From positions 12,152,001 to 12,216,000 of the forward strand of contig NC_135760.1 in NCBI RefSeq assembly GCF_052425735.1: a stretch of 64,000 nucleotides of DNA, given 5' to 3'. Below, piece after piece: positions 10,601 to 23,400 of this stretch. Position 1 is the stretch's first letter, and every line of letters starts with the position of its first letter. The stretch is from Oculina patagonica. Lineage: Eukaryota. The notes beneath the pieces were generated by a model. The model did not search any database. It was not told the origin of the DNA and was given only the letters and a program-made list of their open reading frames with translations. The position numbers were made by a program, and so were the translations under genes.

Positions 10601-13600
10601 AGAAAATGAAAAGAAGGAAAATATATTTTGCATTTCTACAAAAAACACACACAGTCCAAAATACCTCAAATATTTTAGGATCTCACGTTAAGCAGATAGT
10701 CAGTTCCTGTATTGTTCTCTGCATTGAGTGGTAAGGGAATCTGAGCGCCAATTTTCATTGCCCCTCTCTACTTTGGAGTGTAAATAGGCAATGGCAATTG
10801 TAGTAAGATGACTATGTTGCAAATACAAAATCTTTTACATACATACTGATGAAGAAGATGAAATGTTACGCGAGCATGGGACAAAGAAAAAAACCTGAGT
10901 CCTCGACGGGAATTGAACCCATGGCCTCCCAGGCCCTCCTGGGTTTCATTCCTGTCTTTGTCCCATTCTCGCATAACTTTATCATTTATTCACCAAGCTA
11001 CAAATCTACCATCTCTCATTATTTAATACTCAGTGGCTGATCTTGGGGAGGGGTTCGGGCTCCCACCTTATTTTTGGGCCAAATAGTGGCCCGTAGGACC
11101 GAGAAAAAAATATTTTCGAAAGGAGCCGCCTCCTTTACTTCAGGGTCTGGATGATCAAGCCCCCCACTTATCTGAAGGTCTGGATCCACCACTGATACTG
11201 ATGCAGTATTTGATGTTTTGACTCACCTTACTTCTTCCAAATACTTCTCCAATTCTAGTACAGGAGATTTGCCTCGTCTGAGGAAAAAATAATCATAATT
11301 GACATAATGAGCAGAAGACAAAGTGGCAGACATGAACAAATAATACTCCTGGTCGCTTCATGCTTCAGAAACCAGGATAAGCTCCGGCCAGTATGGGCCA
11401 CTAGGCTCGATGCAGACTGTACCTATAAAACCTTACAGAGTGTACCGTTACTCCCCATATTAACTCCACACATCATCATTATAAACATACTTCCAACTTA
11501 TGTCCTTTCCAATGATTGCCAGCAATCTCTCTGGATCAGAATCTTCAATTTTGTCAGGTGGAGCCACTAAAAACAATATTATTGACAGTATGTGAACAAC
11601 ATCACTAACCATGAACAAACACCTTTTAACAAATTTGATGGGAACCAAGTTACCTTCAACACTTACTGACTAGTAGCACATGTAGGCTTAGAAGAAAAAT
11701 AGCAGAATTTGAAGACAGATCCAGTGGAGACAATAAGTAATAATATCACAGTTTTTACTGCTAGAAAAACTTTGTATGAATCGATTACATGACATGATAT
11801 TTACCGTCATTGTCCACCATACAGTGTGCTGACAATAACTTGAGTGAGTGAACCTAAAACATACAAGGGGCAAATTAACGATAAGAACAATCAGAAATAT
11901 CCTTCCAACTAATTGTTCGCAGTTTGATACAGTCAAGAAATATTGAAAAATGACCAATACTTGATACTCATTTTATTCAGAATTCAAAGAGATTTAAGTA
12001 ATTTGTACTTTAGAAATAATATAGTTTGTAAGGCCTGGCATCATAACTGTGTCTACATATTGTCATTATTCTATCAAGAATTTTATGACCATAGTTAAAA
12101 TGACAACCTCAACAATTCATGCCATGTTTCTATGATGTTCATTTAGTATCCATGGAGTTTCCTTTAACGGAAGATTGTCATCAAAACTAGTTATTTAACA
12201 GAAAAACATGAACCAATTTTGGCTTTTTAAGGTTCCTTGTTCCTAGTTTACACTTAACTTACCACAAACAAACCAGGATGTAACAACAAGTCCCTTGCTG
12301 TTGGTCTTTCTGCTGGATTTTCAGCTAAACACCTCCGTATAAAATCCTGTCGATTAAGGTGTCATTTAGGCTTTTTTCTTGCTAAACGCTTCAACGCGCC
12401 GCTAAACATGTTTTGGGTTAAATGTGAATGCAGCTTAAGTGTAATATGAGGAAGCAACTGATGCTTTATGCGGCACTGGAGTAGCCACTGTTGTAAACTT
12501 TCGTGGCGATATTCTGCCAAATATTTTCATCACCGATAATTCATATTGTACAGCTTTTTTAGCCCATATTTGAAATAAACATTTGGTCACATAGAAGGAC
12601 CGAATCTGAAGCTTTTGGGCACTCGCCTCCTCACCACATGTCTGCCATTTTAAACTTGTTTAGCCTGATCATGATTGAAACGACTTCGTAAGGTAGTTTC
12701 AATCATGACCAGACTAATCATGTTTCAATCATGATTCACGCAATGCATTGCCTGATGTGAACACTTTTCACAACAAAACATGTTTCCTTCGTGATGAGAC
12801 TAATCATGTTTCGGCCTAGTGTGAACGCAGCTTTAGTCACCTCACTAAAATAATCAGACAACATTTTTGGCCCTTGTCTACCTTTTGGTGTGGCAGTTCT
12901 AATCCATCAATGGCTTTGTTCATATTTTCTCGTGTTACTGGGCCATCAGTATCATGCAGTTCCAAGGCTGCCATCTATAAAACATTATGATTATTATCAT
13001 CATTGACAGATTAAAAAGATATGAACAAGATTAAAAACAAAACGGTTTAATACACACATATATGGTAACCACGTATGTCTATATCAAAGGGTCTTGATAG
13101 CACAAGTGTTGCAAATATTTTTAAAAACACAACAATGCTTTTCAGTTTTCGGAACATGATGATGACAATGTTTGAAACATCAAAACATGTACTGAAAACT
13201 GAAAAGCACTGTTGTGTTTTTAAAAGTATGCCTACCGTATATACTCGAATAAGCGCCGCCCCCGAATAACCGCCGCCCTCGAATAAGTGCCGCATTTAGG
13301 ACAAAAAAAGTTAATAAGCGCCGCCCCCGAATAAGCGCCGCAGTCTCGATGCGGCGCTTATTTGAAGAATTTCGTTTAACTTAAAACGGCACTACAAAGC
13401 AACTCTAAGACAAGCTTGAACATTTCTTTGCATCAAAAGCGATGTTTTGCAGTTATGAGTGATTGTTTTTTCGCTCTCCCATTAGTTTTTCTATTCAACA
13501 CTCTAACAATACGTAGTTCTGTAAATGTTGCGAAGGCCGCCAACCTTTGCCAGGACAGTTATAGCTAGCGCCACTTCTGTCTCAGCAAGAGACAAATACT

Positions 13601-16600
13601 GACAATCAAAAGACGCTCTTTTCAATAACTGTAAAAGATAAGATACTTTGTGGCGTCCAAATTTTAAATAAGCGCCGCCCTCAAATAAGCGCCGCCCTCG
13701 AATAAGCGCCGCACTTGAGACGTGAAAAATTTAATAAGCGCCGCGGCGCTTATTCGAGTAAATACGGTATATGTTTTTTGTGGTACTTCAACTTCACAAA
13801 TGCCAACATATGGTATTGTAGAGAAGAAATACCTCCAGAGCACACACTCCAAATGCGTAAATATCAACTGCACAGTCAATAACATGTCCAGGTTTTCCTG
13901 CGAGAAAAAATGTACTTCATTTTCATAACAATAATTAAAAATATGAATTTAATTTGCTTTTACGTAACTGTGAGAAGGGCTAAGAATTAGACTAAAATAA
14001 AATGCTTGTAAACATTATTAAAGCAGACCAGTGTAACAAACCATATTCTGGGGCAATAAAGTGCATGTTCCGTCTTTCGTCTCTGTAAGTCTTAACATGA
14101 TTATGAATGGTGTCAGGAGCAACTGAAAAACAAACACAAGATTAGTGCATCAAACTTGCCATGTCATAGTGTTATGCTATTGGCAAGACACTTCACCTTC
14201 ACCAGGGTTCTCCCTAGTTTTCAGCACAACAGGTAAGAAAACTTTTTAAACCGGTAAAGAAATTCCGGTAAATCCCAGCCGTTTTCTAGTTTACCTACAT
14301 GAAACAGAATGTTGTCCAAATGCTGGTCGAATTTTATTTCATGACAACTTTATTATGGCCTTGCAGACCTCTTTCGCCTGCTATACAGCCTAAGAAAAAT
14401 TGCATAAAATTTTCTGTTGTTTTTAAGGAGATACATTTGCTGTCGCTTACATGACGTACTACTTAAAAAATCGGCGGTCCTGTTTCCTCTTTGCTACGAA
14501 TTGCTGCAGCTCTTTTTTTCTTTGCTTCGAATATTCAGCATTCACGACAGCGTCGTTACAAAGTTGTATTCTGAGTGCTTCTTTTAACCTGTCATCTGGA
14601 TTTTGGTTTTAAACACTTACGAACTTATGAAAAGAATTTGACATCGAAAGCTGCCTTTGTCTTCACCACGCGTCATAACTAAGCAATCAACTATTTTCTG
14701 CATTTTGCATGTTTTTGAAAACTGAACTATTATATGTAAGTAATATTTCTCACTTCTGGAATTATTTTTTCCTCTTTTCCTTTGTGATTGTTTTTATTTT
14801 CAATGGACAAAGTGGAAGGACAGCAAGGATTGCTGCCGCTTCATTGTAGAATCGATCGTGCAAAACTTGTTCTTTCTTTGATACCAGCCCTCAGAGATTC
14901 GGAAAGCGAAGGGAAATAAAGAATATTGAATACTAGCACAAATTCGTAAATGAATATTGCATTTGTCGCTGTTTATTTTCAATCTGTTATTTTATATTTT
15001 CAATCATGACTACGAAGGTGAAACAAGTGGTGCTACTTTGTTATTTACCTGTTGAATTTACAAGATATCTCAGCGATTCTAGGCGGTAAACAGTCGTGTT
15101 ACAAGCGGTAAATTTTACCGGTTACCGCCTGATAAGGAGAACACTGCTTCACAGTGCCTAGCTCCCAATCCAGCTGAGATTTTAAATAAGCTGTTTAAGA
15201 AACTTGGCAAATGAGGCCTTATGTGTGTTCAATGGTGCAAAGAGGATGATGAAACCTGGCAAATGTGCTTGGCAGGAGAAGCCTACAATGTACTAGCATC
15301 CCATCCAAGGTGGGAATGGGTGGGGGGGGGGGGGGCAGCAATAATTCTGAATGCCAAATATCCTACTTGGTTTTTTGAATGCTTTGGCTGGTAAGCAACA
15401 ATCAAACTGTAGCTAGCCTTACCTGATCCTATCTTGATCAGACCATTGTGTTGAATAAATATTGTATCACAGGACAAGTTTCCATGAACAATTGGTGTTT
15501 CACATTCATGGAGATAGCTGTAGGAAGACAAAATGACAGCACAAGGTTGTAGGAAATGGATAAATAAAATCACTACCATTCCTGTAAGTGATACATATAC
15601 AAGGTTAAAAAGGGGGATAAAACAATTAAAAAGAACCAAACGTTTTCGATGTGTATGTCATCATTAGGGACAAGGGGATCCTATCTTGACTATCCTATCC
15701 TATCCTGATGATGACATACACATGGAAAACGTTTGGTTCTTTTTAATTGTTTTATACCCCTTTTTAGCCTTGTATATATATCATTACTGTAAGTGATTTA
15801 TAATTTTTTTAATGCTCTTAATTAACGATGAATTATTATACATCTTTCTTACTAAGTTTTAAATAATGAAATGTCAAAACTAAAAAGAAAATTAACCTCA
15901 AAGCTGACAAAATTTGTCGTAACCATCTTTTCCACACCTGTAATGAAACAGTTAAGAAACAAAAACTAATGGTGAGTGGATTGAACAAATAGCACTGTAC
16001 ATACATGAAAATTCTGTGATTTCTTAGTTAATTACCTGATACTTAACAGCACTTATTATTTTTTTAAGGTGCTATGGTATAGCCAGATCTGCAGGAGGAG
16101 AGGTAGAGGTAGTCACACACACCCCTCCCTTCATCTGAAATTTGAAGCCCTCAATTAATAAGGCAAATGCTCCAAGAATAAGGAGGTTAAAACTTGGCGA
16201 TCCTAGTCTTTTAACTTTCCCAGTCAAGCCTGCAAGGACCCCCATCTTTCAATTTTCTGGATCACCCCTAGCAGGTACTTAGCCTGAAGGCAAGTGAGTT
16301 ATTAAGTAACATTTACGTGCATATTTACTGATACCTTTTCATTTAAAGTCTTATAATTACTCTTTCGCGTCTTCTTTAGGAACTGTTTTAGTGAACCAGA
16401 TGTCATGTATTCAGTGATGAAGATGACACGAGGTTTCTCAGTCCTAATATCAGTCCAGAACTTGTGGAACTTGACAATGTTTGCATGCTGCCAGAAATAA
16501 AGCACAGATAATAGTTAGCATGTCTTCCCAAACGTGGGCACTCTTGTTTACTGCTTTGTTACAAAGGAAACATTTTAATAACAAATACTGAAATAGATAC

Positions 16601-18905
16601 AGTTCTAACAGACACTTACATCCAGTTGAATCAGATTTTCAAACACAGCTTTGACATTTTCCTACAAAAGAGAAATGAGTCATGGATAAATTATCACAAC
16701 TAAAAAGTTTCGTTCCCACTAATCAGCAACCATCAAACTAATGTGATCAAGCCTAAATGTGGAAGCTTTAGTCAGGCTAACCAGAGTGCTATTCAAGTTA
16801 ACCAGAGTGCAAGCAGACCCTGAGCTACAGACGTGCACTCCAGTTAGCGTGAATGATGCTTTGGTTATCCTATTTATGGTTAGTTCTCCATAATGGTAAT
16901 GGCTTTTGCTTGTTTCAGTGAATCATTTTGTCATCCTTTGCTCAATAGCGATTTCAGTTTTTGCGCTTTTTTTTTTTTTTTTGTGTTTTTTTTGGTGTTT
17001 CCTTGTTTCAGGTTTTTGTATATGCCCTTCTTGAAGCACTGGAAATGTATTAAATGACAACAATTCATTACCTCTTGACTTTTGAAATATTTTCTCTCAG
17101 AAAACTGCACTTCATTCCAAACCACCTCAACACCTTCTTCTGTATCCATGGCTAGGAATGAGTGATCAATACCAGGGACATCTCTCTGCATCACCTGAAG
17201 AAACAGCCATACAGTATTACAGTAAGGTGATCAGTGCAACAACTGTATTATGAAGATGAAGTGTTCAACATGACACGAGCATGGGACAAAGAAAAAATCT
17301 GAGTCCCCAATGGAAATCGAACCCATGGCCTCCCAGATACCGGTTGGGCACCCTAACCAACTGAACAGTATTATGACGTACAGCTGTACCGCACACAGAC
17401 ACCCTTAAAACAAAAAAATGTCCACTTAATTAGGGCAGCTTATGGGAGGTTAAAAACAAAGTGTGTCTGGGACTGTGACCAAGTGTCTGCTAATGGGAGA
17501 TGAAAGGAAGGGGTGTCAAATGGTGAATGCGAGACTTTGCGAGACAGTCAGACTGATACTTTTTCTGTGAGCCCAAAACCATTTTAGCCTTGCAAAAAAG
17601 ATCGAGACTCCGAGAAGGTGTCAAAGAGAAATTCGACACAATGAGACCCCTGAAATCTGGCTAAAAGTTTGCAAGACACTAATTTTTTTAAGGACCATTC
17701 ACCATATAGGATATATCTTGGGAGCTGTCAGGAGGTGGTCTAGGATATCTTGTGTAGTGCAAACACACCTTTCTATCTATTCAAAAATCTGCCCTATTGA
17801 AAATGGAGCAAACATAGAACAAAATAGAGAGTTTGTTTACGAATTTTAGGGCTTATGATGTCAAATGATTTACAGCAAATTGCCACTGCTAAAATCCGAG
17901 GGATGTGGCTGGTGTGGAAAACCATGCATTGAAACCATCTTTTCATACCTGCCAACTTTTCTGAAGTCAAAAGCGCGAGATTGCCATTGCCTTGTTGCCA
18001 AAGATGTTCCGACTATTTCTGGAGATTTCGGAAGATGTTCCGACAACTTCTGAGCATTGCCAATGAGTACCAAAGATGTTTTGACGACTTTCAAACCTTG
18101 CCTAATTGTGTAAAATTGACTCAAACACGAATAACAATGCTCATTTTCTGGGTTATATTTCACCAAAATTGAATTAATTGACATTGAATGGGTTTCGAGA
18201 GTAAGAAATCGGGATTTGCTAGTCAGGCGTGAGAAAATGGACTGTAAGGGTGAGATCAATATTTTGGATCCATCGGCATGAGGCTCACACATAATGCGTG
18301 AGAGTTGGCAGGTCTATCTTTTTAGAATTTCTATAATGATTTACAAGATGGCACCGATATCAAAATTTACAGAGAAATGTATGAAGGAATGAAAACTGGA
18401 CTTAATGCACGACCATGACAAAATCAGTATTTAAATCATATAAGCTTACCTGATACATTAAGTTTACAGTTCATAAATCACGCAGAAATTCAATTTATAA
18501 AACTTATTTGACATCGAAATCCCGAAAATTCCCGTACCAACTCAGTAAACGTTTTCCTTTCAATATGGCGCAAAAAGGCAGGATCTGTTAAATTAAATTA
18601 AAAAGCTATGCTCTGTGTTGATCCTATTTTGATATGTGTTTAAGCACTCAATATGATTATTACATAATTTTGTTTCCTCTGAAGCACAGTGTCCATAGAA
18701 TCAAGTTACAACTGGAAGCAAATCTAGCTTTTTATATCCCTCGATATCGATGCAGTACAAGACCATACCCCCAGCATACCTCTTGCCTTCTCTTCTCCCA
18801 TCGTCCACACGGACTCTGCTCGACCACATCGTCATCATCATCTTCACTTTCATCTCCAGAATGTTCGTGATGAACCTCAATAATTCCAAGTGTATTACTG
18901 GCCAT
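7627..18905 (-). CDS. NRBP1: Nuclear receptor-binding protein (NRBP/Madm pseudokinase), ~489 aa, 20 coding exons
   Basis: Exons: 18905-18780, 17194-17072, 16661-16620, 16487-16335, 15937-15897, 15517-15423, 14122-14042, 13897-13833, 12974-12882, 12346-12263, 11853-11805, 11566-11491, 11277-11227, 10598-10539, 10124-10052, 9762-9694, 9530-9467, 9341-9286, 8516-8450, 7628-7627 (1470 nt, all GT-AG). Motifs SPCGRW, AMDTEEGVEVVWNEVQFSERK, RVIFITEYM, HGNLSCDTIFIQHNGLIKIGSVAPD, SLKLLSAH and DDKMNRHL match NRBP. Confidence 0.95.
8626..8839. mobile_element. PIF/Harbinger-type (Tourist-like) MITE, TAA TSD
   Basis: TAA|agcctggttttcacta ... tagtgaaaaccaggct|TAA, with internal (gcacaa/gcgcaa) repeats. 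Confidence 0.85.
10850..10935 (-). mobile_element. tRNA-derived SINE fragment (family also at 17250-17365)
   Basis: Shares gagcatgggacaaagaaaaaa..tgagtcc..gaacccatggcctccc with the 17280 copy. The reverse strand shows a B-box-like ggttcaattcc. Confidence 0.6.
11031..11193. mobile_element. hAT-like MITE with apparent 5-bp TSD (atact)
   Basis: atact|cagtggctgatc ... gatccaccactg|atact. A relative lies at 44946-45075. Confidence 0.65.
11341..11425 (+). repeat. Dispersed repeat fragment (probable SINE 3' part); related pieces at ~14180-14202/15147-15320 and ~34905-35030
   Basis: aatactcctggtcgcttcatgc..gaaaccaggataagctccggcc resembles aatactcctagtcatgtcatgcaatggaaactgg at ~34963. Confidence 0.5.
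13233..13769. mobile_element. MITE, TA ends (Tc1/pogo-type), with subterminal aataagcgccgcc repeats
   Basis: taccgtatatactcgaataagcgccgc ... gcggcgcttattcgagtaaatacggta. Confidence 0.88.
14203..15146. mobile_element. hAT-like non-autonomous element, 6-bp TSD (cttcac), inserted into a dispersed repeat
   Basis: cttcac|cagggttctcc ... ggagaacactg|cttcac, with subterminal cggtaaa repeats. Confidence 0.7.
15595..15777. mobile_element. Palindromic insertion with hammerhead-like cores (Penelope-like terminal inversion), 16-bp TSD
   Basis: Arms of ~75 bp are reverse complements, each carrying ct(g/a)atgatgacatacacat(c/g)gaaaacgttt. Flanked by cattcctgtaagtgat (15577-15592) and cattactgtaagtgat (15782-15797). 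Confidence 0.65.
17250..17365 (-). mobile_element. tRNA-derived SINE 5' fragment
   Basis: Reverse strand reads tcagttggttagggtgccc...catgggttcgatttccattggggactcag (A/B-box-like). Homologous to the 10850 copy. Confidence 0.6.
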
Positions 18906-19182
18906 TTTGCTAAATTTACCTTTAGATCCCAGACAACTTTCACTCTAACATGGCCGCCCGCAACTGCTTTGTACACAGCAATCCACTCTATGACTGTTAC
19001 ACCACATATTCATTTAGTTTGAGTAAACTGCTGACCAAGAAAGTGTGTCTATCACTGGCTCATATTTTCCGGATGGTGTAGATTTCTTCAGAGTGATGGC
19101 GGGTAGTACTTGTCTTTCTTTGTGTAAGACTCAGCTCTGAAGGGAGGAGGTTTCTGGTTGATTTTATTTTCGCATCATTACG
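18906..19182. promoter_or_regulatory. Putative bidirectional promoter NRBP(-)/syntaxin(+), including the inferred non-coding first exon of syntaxin
   Basis: NRBP ATG at 18905. A strong donor cg|gtaagg at 19182/19183 on + pairs with acceptor tttttag at 20480, 14 nt before the syntaxin ATG. Confidence 0.55.
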
Positions 19183-20494
19183 GTAAGGTTTTCCGCGCAA
19201 TATATATTTGTTTATTTTTTATGCAGAATTCTTGTTAGTGGTTTGTTTGTCTAGACATGTCAGTTTCGTTTCGTTTTCGACGTAGTTAATAGAGGGAAAT
19301 GGTTATGAAACCCCGCAAAGTTCTTTGTTGTAGGTTTTTGTTCGCTATTTTGGGCGTCGAGAGTGCACAAAACCTGGCAAAACATAATAGGTGGTTACGT
19401 GTGTTCATGCAACTAACCAATAGAAACATTGCGATTACGTAATTCATGCATAGTGTATGAGTGAAAAACAAAAGATGTGCACCTTCGTGGACCTTTCAAC
19501 CTAAATCTTGGCCTCTTTGTTTCCTGCTTTGATGTTTACCGAGATTCATAACCAGTTCCCTCTATTAACTATGGTTTTCGAGGGTGCTCGCTTTGCTAGT
19601 GCATCCAGTTTGGCTAATATTATTTACTTAAACATTTAATTTACTGGAATAACTGTTAAAGTAGTTGTTTTAAATATTTTATGAGAGATTTCAGGTATTT
19701 CACTTGCTCAGATCAGTTGCCTGCCAAAGGTTCCCCATTATGTAGTCCCTTTCAGGTGGTAATCACGTGATCTTGCCAATCAAAAGAATAGCCGCTAGCA
19801 TTTGATGGTTACCGAAAATGAAAAGAGCAAGTCAATGTTAATGACCAGTGCAAATTTTAGCCTTGTGCTTGTACATTTTGGGGAATTAAGGAAGTATCTG
19901 GAATGTTATGTCATGATTGGATAAAAAGCTACCACAGTGTGGCACCTATCAATTTAATTGACTCCAGCTGTTCAAGGGCACATTAAGGGTGGTCTTTGAA
20001 GTCCTGCAGTCCAACTTTATTTAGCCAGATTGCAGGAAGTTGGGGTTGGTTGTCAATTACAAAATAAGGGAAGCAGACCTTAGGACTAACCAGAAAGGGG
20101 GCGACATGTTGTTGGTCACAACATGCCATCTGATGCGTCTAGCCCTAGGAAATAATAGCAATAGTGTTTACAATGGATGGATGAAAATAGAAGGTGTTGA
20201 GCCTAGTAGAATAATAAAGCCATATTGGACAACATCATGTCATCATCATATCATCAAGTCTGGATCTGAGAAACATTTGGAAACTACCTGTAGGCTTAAA
20301 ACTCTTAGACCAGGAAAATATTATTATTCTCACAATCAAACAATCTGCGAAATTTTCCAAATTCTCAGATATCCCACATTGCACTATTTTACTACTTCAA
20401 CTAACCTTGCAGTTGCTGACCACAATTTTTGTAAAAAGTTACACAAAGTAAATCTTTTCCATTAACTTGTATGTTTTTAGTTTGTTGTCTAAGC

Positions 20495-23400
20495 ATGTCT
20501 CGTGGTGAGTTTGGAGGCAGTCCATCATACGGCACCCTTTCATCTGATAGCAGTGCTGTTGTAAGCTATGGAAGGCCGTCATCGTCAAGATACCAAGAAG
20601 GTGGTGAGATTTTTTTTATCATTGGCTCACCTGTTAAAAAATTTCTCATGGAAAATTTAATGCCAAAGGGAAAGTCAGATATTTTGTCCAAACTAGAAAT
20701 GAGTGAAGAGTAGTGTGAATGAATTTAGTTAAAAAGGAAAACTAGGAAAAGCAGTGGCAGATCTTGGAAAGGAACCTTGCAACCTGGCTGTCCAACCCCC
20801 TTTTTGGAGGGCAAGAAAACGCCAATCATTTCTTTGGGCACCATCCTTTCAGTGTTCGACATTAACTATTTTGTCAATTTGCCCTTTGGGTAGCCTCCTA
20901 CGCAGACGTTCTTAGGGCTTGGCACGGGAGAGACGCGTGCCGAGCCCTAAGAACGTCTGCGTAGGAGGCTACACAAAGGGCAACCAGTTCTGTTTTTTTA
21001 GCTGCCCATGTGTCTTTTTGGTTGCCTACCAAGTAAACTTTTGTTGCACATTAGCACTCAAAAGAAAAATGCAAAATTGCAAGAAAGCTTTTTGCAGTTT
21101 TCAGTATAATGTGAACTCTGAAATTCAAAATCCAACAAACGATTGCTTTTTTTGCTGCCGTCAATCATAATTATGGCGACAGGTAATGAACCATGAAAAA
21201 CAGAAACAAACAAAATGGATCGAAATCTGCCCATCAAAACCGAAAGACTTGACCTTTTGACCTGATTGAAGTAAACTTCTGTTTCCCGAGAGGCCTGCTA
21301 AGATGATTGACAGCAGCAAAAAGTGTAAACCTTTGGTTGAGGATTGAATTTCAGAGTTCGCATTTCACTGAAAACTGCAATGATTGCCTCTTGATTTGTC
21401 ATAAATTTGCATATATATTAATGGAACCCTTTACCTCCAGTCATGTTGTAATTTTTCTCCAACTTTTATTCATCTTTTTGGAAAATATCTGTGGAATTAT
21501 CGGTATATTTGTTTATTTTTTGTTACTGACTACAGGTGATATTAGAGAAAGATTTCAGAATCTCAGTGACACAGTCAGTAGTAACATCTTCCAGATTAAC
21601 AACAACAGTAAGTATTGGTTTAATAAAACAGTACAGTTTTGGATAAAAAACAAACAAACAAAACAAGGAAAACAAACCATGCTGACCGTTTTGGCCAGAA
21701 ACTCTTAAGATTCTTCCTTTTTACTGTGTGGCGTAATGATAGATCTTAAAGAAGCTACACCACAGATGATGCCTGATCTTGACAAAATTGGACACTTTGT
21801 TAAAGTTTGTGCTTGTCTTCTATTTTAATTTTCCTCAATCTTAACCATTCTTCTTTTTGGAAATTCACTCAATATATACTAGTTTATAAATGTGTATGGT
21901 TATTTTGTACTTAAGTGGTCTTTTAATAGAAAAGAGCACTGTATATATCATATAATTGTAACCTGCATTGTTAATTTTCTTCATAGCCTCAGCATTGGAG
22001 CGTGCCCTAAAGCAATTAATTGGAGGCAAAGAAGGCCAGGAGGAAAAACTGTGAGTTGATCCCTTTTCTCCACCCAACTGATCTTCACTGTTGGTTGTCA
22101 TTTCACAGAAAGCTTCTAGATATAATATTCACATTGTATCTCTCTACACATCTTTCTACACAGCCATAGAATACAACAAGCTACAAATGACCTTGCTAAT
22201 AAAACAACTTCCGTCTTAAAAGAGATGAGTTCCCTTTGTGGTGGAAGCAGCCCAAATGCAGTAAGTTGAGAGCTGTATTACTGTTTACATATTTAGAAAT
22301 TATTATTTGAGGTTGGGTGCCCTGGGAAATGCCAGAGACTGCCATAGTACACCCCTCTCCCCTTGATAGAACCACCCACAGAACTGCCCACTAAGGGCTG
22401 GCATTACCCACAACCCAGCAACAAGCCCCCACTGTTATTTATAACAAACCTGTCTTAACCAGTTGGCCAAGAGGTCGATCATGTTAACATTAAGAAACTA
22501 GGCAAGAATGCTGGTGAAACTAATTGATTATTAATTCCGTTTCACTGCTATAGAGACAACAACGAGTACAACATGAAAGACTAAAGGGAGAATTTAGAGA
22601 GTCCATTTCCCGGTACTACTCTGTACAAAATGTAAGTATAATCTATAATTATAATTTTTATCTATAATCAATTTATTTTGCAATTGCCTTACTTCATGTG
22701 CCAGCTAAAAAGTTAAAAAAGTGTTACTTGCCCATTGGGCAAGAGAAAAATAAAAATCCACAAGCCCAGGGCTAATGGGTATGACTTTCTTTGCTTGTTG
22801 ACCAGTGCACAGTTTTTTTTTTTTGCCAAGCCTTTTGCCTGGTACGCATTTTCTGTCTAGAAGACTACTTACAGTTCTTCTTGGGTGCCCCCAGTCTCTA
22901 TGTGTTCAAAAATGTGTAACACAAGTTCTCATTTCCATTCTTGTTTTAACACATTTTAGAGAGTGGTTGAAAAGGAAAAGTTATTAGTTGGTTCAACAAG
23001 TGCAAGACCATCACAGGTAGGAAATAATTAATTCTGTTTAACTACTTATTGTAAATTATTTGTATGTGGGTGACGGCAGCCAGGTTAGTATGATTTGACA
23101 ACCACACTGATCCTGTCACTGTTTGGAAAGAAGGTACATCTACAGTTAGAATAAATAGATTGCATACTGTATGTTGTGGTATTTCTCTTTATGTTTGCAA
23201 GTGACTATTGATTCATTGTGACACTGCTAGTATTGCAGCTTGGAAATTGAACTGCATGCAATTTAAACAACTTTTTGAAATAAAAGTTACATTGGCAGTT
23301 ATTAACCAAGGCCTGAACTTTCAGAAAATTGATATATGAGGTGTCAATTTTCACACCTTAGGTGTGAATGAGCGTTTAAATCACAGGCTCATAAATTGAA

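Noticed and set aside
13233-13769. Regularly repeated aataagcgccgcc units resembling a CRISPR-like array
   Set aside because: Eukaryotic context. The repeats are subterminal motifs in both orientations inside TIRs, without unique constant-length spacers.
16740-16850. H-box- and ACA-like motifs with two hairpins in NRBP intron 2
   Set aside because: The stems lack pseudouridylation pockets and are explained by a local 21-bp duplication (taaccagagtgc).
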